Below are positions 36,225 through 41,809 of a DNA stretch of 41,809 bases, piece after piece. A program made the translations under genes and the position numbers. The notes under the pieces were generated by a model. The model worked only from the letters and a program-made list of their open reading frames with translations, ran no database searches and was not told where the DNA came from. The stretch is taken from the IMG/VR virus record IMGVR_UViG_3300009095_000028, positions 1-41,809 of that record, one strand, 5' to 3'. The number at the start of each line of letters is the position of its first letter. Positions within the stretch are counted from its first letter, which is position 1. The DNA is from a virus (lineage: Duplodnaviria; Caudoviricetes).

Positions 36225-36737
36225 TTACGCCTTGACGCCCATCTTCTTCGCGAGCTGGATCACCTTGGCATACTTCGCCTCGGGAATCTGCGCGATGGTC
36301 TTGACGCCAACGTCGGCGAGGATCGAGCGGGCCTTGTCAGCACCCTTCTCGTCCTTGACGCGCATCAGCAGGTCACGGATGGAGTCAGCGGTCACCTCGT
36401 CAGCGCCTTCGTCCTCGTCACCGTCCTCGGGATCATCGCCGAAGTCATCGGCCTCGTCGCCGAGATCGTCATCACCGAGGTCATCACCGAGGTCGTCGTC
36501 CTCGTCGTCCTTCGCAGCCTTCTTGGAGGCGGTCTTCTTCGCGGCCTTCTTGTCGGCCTCGATCTCGGCCTTGGTGCGGCGCTTGCGCTTCGGCTTGGTC
36601 TCCTGCTCGACATCCTCGTCGTCCGCCTCGGCAGCCGCCTTCGTGGCGACATCGGTGACGGTGCCGCCCTTCACGAAAGCGGCGGTCAGCTTGTCCACCG
36701 CGGCGGTCAGTTCTTCGATCTTCTGTTCCAGCGACAT
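36225..36737 (-). CDS. Acidic, low-complexity conserved phage protein
   Basis: N-terminal coiled coil, KRKRRTK basic patch, D/E-rich linker, small helical C-domain; first gene of leftward operon. Confidence 0.8.
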   Translation of the reverse strand: MSLEQKIEELTAAVDKLTAAFVKGGTVTDVATKAAAEADDEDVEQETKPKRKRRTKAEIEADKKAAKKTASKKAAKDDEDDDLGDDLGDDDLGDEADDFGDDPEDGDEDEGADEVTADSIRDLLMRVKDEKGADKARSILADVGVKTIAQIPEAKYAKVIQLAKKMGVKA

Positions 36738-36820
36738 CAGGGGTTCTCCCGGTCTTTGCGTAGGATGGTTGGTGGGTCGTCGGCCCTCGCATTTTCCGGG
36801 AGAGTAGGCTCAACCGGGGG

Positions 36821-36874
36821 TTGTATGCGGGGCCAACGGTTGCGTACTATCCACGCAGAGCCGGGGACTGTCAA
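36821..36874. promoter_or_regulatory. Overlapping divergent promoters
   Basis: Rightward TTGTAT(36821)-18-TACTAT(36845); leftward TTGACA(36874)-17-GATAGT(36851); between divergent operons. Confidence 0.6.
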
Positions 36875-36912
36875 CACCCCCGTTCCACTTCCCTCCTACC
36901 GGGCAGCCGTTC

Positions 36913-37179
36913 ATGCACTACACCCTCAAGCCGCGTTCCGAATGGACGCGCAATGAAGTCGTCGGCTTCCATCTTGGCGTCCTCGCGCTGCACGTTGATC
37001 CGCTCAACGGCCAGCTCAACGTCCTCGCCGATGCACTCGAACTCAACGCCATGACCCTGACGCGATGGAAGGCGCAGGGCTATGTTCCGTTCCATCAGGT
37101 GAAGCGCCTTCAGAAGCGATACGGCAAGAAGCTGGTCCCCGAAGACGAGTTGTGCCCGGTCGAGTACCGCGGCAACTGA
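36913..37179 (+). CDS. Cro-like HTH transcriptional regulator
   Basis: LNVLADALELNAMTLTRWKAQGYVP HTH; first gene of rightward operon. Confidence 0.75.
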   Translation: MHYTLKPRSEWTRNEVVGFHLGVLALHVDPLNGQLNVLADALELNAMTLTRWKAQGYVPFHQVKRLQKRYGKKLVPEDELCPVEYRGN

Positions 37180-37208
37180 TTGCCTTGTCTTCCGGGGAGC
37201 CTATCGCA

Positions 37209-39719
37209 ATGAAAAACAAGCAACGCTTCGGCGACGTAGCGCAGCAACTACACGACGCCGGTTATGACATCACGCCGCTCAGCGGGAAGCGCCCTGTCAT
37301 CGACAAGTGGGCCTCGATCGACGCGGACGACGCGCTCGTATCGAAGTGGCTCGACAAGTACCCGCGCTCGAACGTCGGCATCCAGACGCGGCACACTCCC
37401 GCCGTCGACATCGACATCTACGACGCCGACGCGGCAGAGGAGATGGAGGCGTGGTGCCTCGAAAACCTCTCCGCCGAAGCGCCGGTCCGCGTAGGCCAAG
37501 CGCCCAAGCGCCTGCTGCTGTTCCGCACCAACGAGCCCTTCCGCAAGGTCAAGCACCGTTGGGTCGACGAGGACGGCAAGGAGCACGCGATCGAGGTGCT
37601 CGGCGCAGGCCAGCAGTTCGTCGCGTTCGGTATCCATCCCGACACGAAGAAGCCTTTCGAGTGGACCTCGATCGAGTCGCCGCTCGACCTCGACGCCGAT
37701 GACCTGCCCGAGCTGACACGCGAGGACGTGTCGCGCCTCATGGATGCGTTCGACGCCATGGCGAAGCGCCGCGGGTGGAGGCCGAAAGGCAGCAAGTCGA
37801 TGGTCGTGTCGAACGCCGAGAGCGGCTTCGAGGACGATGACGACGCCCTGCTCGGCGTGGCCGGGAAGGCCGACGACCTCGACGACGCTGACATCCGCGA
37901 TGCCCTGTCGAACATCGACATCGACGCCTGCGACTACGACCGCTGGCTCACGATCGGCATGGCGCTCCACCACCAGTACGACGGCGGCGACACCGGCCTC
38001 GAATTGTGGGATGAGTGGAGCACCGATTCAGAGCACTACGACTACGACGAGATCAAGGCGAAGTGGGCCTCGTTCAACGTAGTGCGATCCGGCGGCAAGC
38101 CGACCACCATCGCCACGGTCCTGAAGTTCGCGAAGGAGAACGCACGCGCCAAGGCGAAGGACGAGTTCGAGCGCGAGATGACGCGCATCAAGGCGTGCTC
38201 GGATGTCGACGAGCTGTTCGAGGATGTTGCCGTCGCGCTCGGCAAGGTCATCACCCTGCCCCACCAGTTGCAGACCGCCGCGACCGCGCTGCAGTCGCGC
38301 ATGACGGAACTCAACGGCGTCAAGATGCCGATCGCCGACGTGCGCAAGGTGCTGACCGCCGCGTCGCGGGGTAAGGGATCGAAGAAGGGCGATGTGCCCG
38401 AATGGGTCGAGGACTTCGTGTGGGTCGAGGGCGAGGATCGGTTCTACTCGCTGAGCGAGCGCAAGGCCATCTCCGTCAAGTCGTACAACGCGCGGTATGA
38501 CCGCCACATGCTCACGCCCGAGGACAAGGCGATGCGCGTGGCTGTCCCGAGCACGCGCGCTGCCGATGCTGCGTTGACGCTGTACGAGGCGTCACGCGTG
38601 GATGGCCTGATCTACCTTCCGGGGCTCGATCAAATCGTGCAGGCCGGGCACGGCGAAACCTACGTCAACACCTATGACGACCGCGACGTGCCGGTCGCCA
38701 AGAAGCCGAAGACCGACGAGGAGCGTGCGGCGCTCGACGCGGTACGCCTGCACTTCCGCACGCTGTTCCCTGACGACCGCGAGCGGCGCATCCTTCTCTC
38801 CTTCCTCGCCCACCATGTGCAGAACCCGACCGAGCGCGTCAATTGGGCGGTGCTGGTGCAGGGTGTCGAAGGCGCGGGCAAGACGTGGATGCAGAACCTC
38901 ATGGCAGCCGTCCTCGGGCCGAAGAACATCAAGCCCGTGAACCCGTCCTCCCTGTTCGCCGACTTCAACGGATGGGCAGAGGGTGCGCAGATGGCCTTCG
39001 TCGAGGAGATCAGGCTCCGCGGGCATGACCGCTACGAGGTGCTCGACAAGATCAAGCCGTTCATCACCAACGACTCGATCGAGGTCACCCGCAAGGGCAA
39101 AGACCCCGTCACCCGGCCCAATACGCAGTCCTACGTGCTGCTGACGAACTGGCAGGACGCGCTCGCGCTGTCCGACAACGACCGCCGCTACTTCATCCTG
39201 CGCACCGACCTGCAGAACAAGCGCGACCTGAAGGCGTTCCTCGCGCAGCACCCGGACCACTTCGCCAACATCTTCAACGCGGTCGCCGAGCACCCGGAGG
39301 TGCTGCGCTGGTGGTTGGAGCGCATGAAGATGCACGAGGAGTTCGATCCCGGCGGCCGCGCTCCCGACACCGAGAGCAAGCGCCTCATGGCCGCCCTGAC
39401 CGGCAGCGACGAACAGGACGCGATCGGCCTGCTGATCGAGCAGGCGCCTTTCCCGGACTGCAGCGACTACCTGCTCAACATCACCAAGCTCGGGTCGCGG
39501 CTGGCCGATATGGAGGGTGACTTCGTCGTCCCGCAGACCCGCGCCTTGAAGGCCATGTTGGAGCAGATGGGGTTCACCTTCATCGGCAAGTTCCGGGTAG
39601 AAGGGCGGTACCAACGCTTCTACACACGCAGACCCGATTTGTTCCGCGGAAAGAGCGAAACGGCCGTCGGGACGGCGGTCCGCATGATCCTCGACGGAGA
39701 GGAGCCCGAGCTGATCTGA
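37209..39719 (+). CDS. Primase-helicase (bifunctional Prim-Pol + PriCT-2 + SF3/DUF5906 helicase)
   Basis: NVGI, AVDID, QQFVAFGIHPDT; YDRWLTIGMALHH...WDEWS (PriCT-2); Walker A GVEGAGKT, DRRYF; GGAG RBS before MKNKQRF. Confidence 0.9.
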   Translation: MKNKQRFGDVAQQLHDAGYDITPLSGKRPVIDKWASIDADDALVSKWLDKYPRSNVGIQTRHTPAVDIDIYDADAAEEMEAWCLENLSAEAPVRVGQAPKRLLLFRTNEPFRKVKHRWVDEDGKEHAIEVLGAGQQFVAFGIHPDTKKPFEWTSIESPLDLDADDLPELTREDVSRLMDAFDAMAKRRGWRPKGSKSMVVSNAESGFEDDDDALLGVAGKADDLDDADIRDALSNIDIDACDYDRWLTIGMALHHQYDGGDTGLELWDEWSTDSEHYDYDEIKAKWASFNVVRSGGKPTTIATVLKFAKENARAKAKDEFEREMTRIKACSDVDELFEDVAVALGKVITLPHQLQTAATALQSRMTELNGVKMPIADVRKVLTAASRGKGSKKGDVPEWVEDFVWVEGEDRFYSLSERKAISVKSYNARYDRHMLTPEDKAMRVAVPSTRAADAALTLYEASRVDGLIYLPGLDQIVQAGHGETYVNTYDDRDVPVAKKPKTDEERAALDAVRLHFRTLFPDDRERRILLSFLAHHVQNPTERVNWAVLVQGVEGAGKTWMQNLMAAVLGPKNIKPVNPSSLFADFNGWAEGAQMAFVEEIRLRGHDRYEVLDKIKPFITNDSIEVTRKGKDPVTRPNTQSYVLLTNWQDALALSDNDRRYFILRTDLQNKRDLKAFLAQHPDHFANIFNAVAEHPEVLRWWLERMKMHEEFDPGGRAPDTESKRLMAALTGSDEQDAIGLLIEQAPFPDCSDYLLNITKLGSRLADMEGDFVVPQTRALKAMLEQMGFTFIGKFRVEGRYQRFYTRRPDLFRGKSETAVGTAVRMILDGEEPELI

Positions 39720-39748
39720 TCCACTGCTTCCTAAGCCGCAGTACCTTC

Positions 39749-39776
39749 GAGCCGGGCTTGTCCCGGCTCTCTTTTT
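39749..39776 (+). terminator. Intrinsic terminator after primase
   Basis: GAGCCGGG-CTTGT-CCCGGCTC followed by TCTTTTT. Confidence 0.8.
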
Positions 39777-39807
39777 GCCTGCGTTCCGGCCAGAGGTAGG
39801 CAGCATA

Positions 39808-40051
39808 CGGACCTTTTCGGTCTTTCGTACCCTACTTGGACCCTATTTCGGACCCTACCTAAGTTACTGATATTACTACTATTCTTTCCTAAAAGGTCCG
39901 AAGGTCCGAATAGATAGCAGAGATGCTCACGTAAGACGTTCTATAAGGGTTGAACGTGAACGTATATCGGCTGAGGGGACTTTTTGTCTGAAAACCGCAG
40001 GAATAGGAAAAACATGGACCCCGGACCCTTTCGGACCCGGCCTTGCGGACC
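39808..40051. other. Putative replication origin
   Basis: AT-rich non-coding island with 9 GGACC/GGTCC pentamers and a 10-bp inverted repeat, directly after the primase-helicase gene. Confidence 0.6.
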
Positions 40052-40103
40052 CTCTGCTCGGGGTTGTATGATCAACGTTCACTTCTCACAAGAGGACATC
40101 CTA

Positions 40104-40514
40104 GTGACCGAGATCGACGCTCGGACCGCCGAGTTGGAGGTGCGCAAAGCCGTGCTCTCCGTCATCGACAAGTACCCCTCCCTCGACCTGTCGCTGCGCC
40201 TGCGTCGCGAGCTGCGCCGTACCGCCGATAAGCACACCCATGACCGCAAGAGGCGCGACTCGTTCGTGCGCTCGGCGATCGAGTGGTGCGACTACCACCT
40301 CGTGCCCGCGCTCGACAACCCCGCAACATTCGTGCGCGCCGAGGACGTGTTCGCGGCCTTCTTGGCCGACCACCCGCAGTTCAAGGACCAGTTCGGCAAG
40401 CGGCTGTTCTACGACGTGCTGCGCGACGAGGGCTTCGACATCGACAAGATGAGCGTGTGTGGTCGCCGCGGCGCAGGCGCCCTCATGGTCATCGGCGTGG
40501 AGATGCAGGCATGA
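40104..40514 (+). CDS. Putative DNA-binding protein (C-terminal winged-helix-like)
   Basis: AGAGGA RBS then GTG; FVRAEDVFAAF...GKRLFYDVLRDEGF resembles D5/P4-alpha C-terminal wHTH. Confidence 0.55.
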   Translation: MTEIDARTAELEVRKAVLSVIDKYPSLDLSLRLRRELRRTADKHTHDRKRRDSFVRSAIEWCDYHLVPALDNPATFVRAEDVFAAFLADHPQFKDQFGKRLFYDVLRDEGFDIDKMSVCGRRGAGALMVIGVEMQA

Positions 40515-40789
40515 CCGGCCCGCGCTTCGCCTTCCCGGTACACCTCGGCGTCGAAGCGGCCAAGCGCCGCGGACAGCGCGCGTCCCTCGCTACCAACGGC
40601 GCCCCCACGGCCTACCGCATCGAGGGCGTGGCGTTGAGCATGGGCCGTCTCGCCGAGATCGCCGGGCTGTCGGTCAACGGCATGACCAAGCGTTACCGCA
40701 AGGCCGTCGACTCCGAGGATCGGGTCACCTTCGCGTCGCTCGGCATCACCGAGGAGATGCTTGAACGCAACAATGTGCGGCGCCCGTAG
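40511..40789 (+). CDS. Small HTH-like protein
   Basis: ATGA overlap; LSMGRLAEIAGLSVNGMTKRYRK HTH-like pattern. Confidence 0.6.
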   Translation: MTGPRFAFPVHLGVEAAKRRGQRASLATNGAPTAYRIEGVALSMGRLAEIAGLSVNGMTKRYRKAVDSEDRVTFASLGITEEMLERNNVRRP

Positions 40790-40990
40790 CCGTATCACGC
40801 AACGATCTTGCACGCGCGGCGCCGATTACACCCGTAATTCGGCGTCTCGCCTGCTATTCAGGAAAATTGTCTGTTAACGCGGCTCAGCGCCCCCGCACGG
40901 CAGCACCGCGGAGCGGGGTACCTTTTCTCCCTCCGCTTCCCCATCCTTTCTCCCCCGGTCCCGCGCGCCCCGCCGCCCCACGGCTACGCC

Positions 40991-41002
40991 CCCCTGCGCA
41001 CG
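40991..41002 (-). other. Candidate cosN (cohesive end) sequence CGTGCGCAGGGG
   Basis: 9/12 match to the phage chi cos as recalled (GGTGCGCAGAGC), in a comparable position and orientation relative to the primase and late genes. Confidence 0.4.
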
Positions 41003-41058
41003 CGCCGCCGCCCATCCGTTAGACGCTCCACGGCAACGCGCGCCCCCTCCATCCCGCG

Positions 41059-41120
41059 CGTTAGATGCGCCTGGACAACATGCGGGCACGCCCCGTTAGA
41101 TGCGCCTGGACAACATGCGG
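41059..41120 (+). repeat. Two perfect 27-bp direct repeats (35-bp period)
   Basis: CGTTAGATGCGCCTGGACAACATGCGG at 41059-41085 and 41094-41120. Confidence 0.9.
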
Positions 41121-41170
41121 ACAGTCCGCCCCTCCGCCCCACGCTGAGCCCGCCAGCTCGCGCCGCCGTC

Positions 41171-41203
41171 CTGCGCCCCTGCGCCCCTGCGCCCCTGCGC
41201 CCC
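41171..41203 (+). repeat. Tandem octamer (CTGCGCCC)x4
   Basis: Read directly; - strand is (GGGGCGCA)3GGGG. Confidence 0.9.
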
Positions 41204-41446
41204 GTCCGCCGTCGACCCGCTACCGCGCCCCCGCCGTCACCCCGCAAGGCGCGCACACGCCCACCACGGGCGCCCCACGCTGCGCCGGCGCGCACGCCCC
41301 ACCACTGGCAGGGCACGGCGCGATGGCCGGATGCTGTAAGGCGCCAGACGTTTAACTAACGTTCAGGTTCAGGCTTGTATGGGCCGCCGCCGTCCCGCAT
41401 ACTGGCCCCACGTTAGACGACCTATCCCAACAACGGAGCGCACCCC

Positions 41447-41809
41447 ATGAACGCATTTGACACCCCTCGCACGAAGACGCTGCGCGACCTGATCGAGCGC
41501 GAAGGCCCGAACGGGACCGGCCGCATCGTCGGCCTTTCGATTGAAGGTGACGGCGTCTTCATCTACACGAACAGCGCGCAATGGTGCGATGACTCGGGTT
41601 CGGGCACGTTCCGGGGCGACAGTGAGACGGCCGCGGTCCGCCGCTTCCGTTCGGAAGTGCGCCGCGCTGACGCTTCCGACGCTGATCCCGCCTCCGCTGA
41701 GCCCGCCTCCGCTGAGCCCGCCTCCGCTGAGCCCGCCTCCGCTGAGCCCGCCTCCGCTGAGCCCGCCTCCGCTGAGCCCGCCTCCGCTGAGCCCGCCTCC
41801 GCTGAGCCC
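41447..41809 (+). CDS. Hypothetical protein with AEPAS repeats (3'-truncated, not in ORF track)
   Basis: GGAG RBS; MNAFDTPRTKTLRDLIEREGPNGTGRIVGLSIEGDGVFIYT...; frame stays open to window end. Confidence 0.7.
   Translation, partial: MNAFDTPRTKTLRDLIEREGPNGTGRIVGLSIEGDGVFIYTNSAQWCDDSGSGTFRGDSETAAVRRFRSEVRRADASDADPASAEPASAEPASAEPASAEPASAEPASAEPASAEPASAEP
41681..41809 (+). repeat. 15-bp tandem repeat GCTGAGCCCGCCTCC
   Basis: One variant unit (41681-41695), 7 perfect units (41696-41800) and a partial unit at the window end. Confidence 0.95.

Noticed and set aside
41059-41120. 27-bp repeats as a mini-CRISPR array
   Set aside because: Only two units separated by 8 nt, far too short for a spacer; no cas operon
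40874-41355. Arg/Gly/Pro-rich ORFs in the C-rich region
   Set aside because: Low-complexity translations of repetitive DNA with no RBS; better explained as non-coding cis elements
1-41809. Integrase/att site, tRNA genes or introns/inteins
   Set aside because: None recognisable; polymerase, terminase and helicase have uninterrupted normal-length frames. The rest of the genome is not visible, so lifestyle cannot be called

Overview
High-GC window covering most of a tailed dsDNA siphophage genome with Chi/BcepNazgul/Sano-like (Casjensviridae-type) organisation; family and host are inferred from gene order, not from a database search. Left to right: small + strand accessory genes including a MazG-like protein (1-2.6 kb); then on the - strand a lysis cassette (overlapping spanins, holin-like protein, GH19 endolysin), a modular tail-tip cluster (SPRY, LamG, Cna-B-like and Ig domains), a long non-contractile tail module (1349-aa tape measure, G/GT frameshift chaperone), a lambda-like head module (TerS/TerL, gpW, portal, S49 protease, decoration, capsid E) and a replication module (SNF2 helicase, VRR-NUC, family A DNA polymerase, DUF2815 SSB, DUF2800 nuclease). 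A divergent Cro-like gene and primase-helicase follow on the + strand, then an iteron-rich AT-rich putative origin and a C-rich non-coding region with a cos-like 12-mer. No integrase, tRNA, CRISPR array or reverse transcriptase was seen. The most notable unannotated signals are a dispersed 17-bp palindromic motif (CTCAAC-N5-GTTGAG) at promoters and gene junctions of several modules, a two-locus GGACC iteron system, a perfect G-quadruplex repeat beside the putative cos, structured intergenic RNAs, an atypical polymerase active site and an internally duplicated MazG. All motif searches were done by eye.
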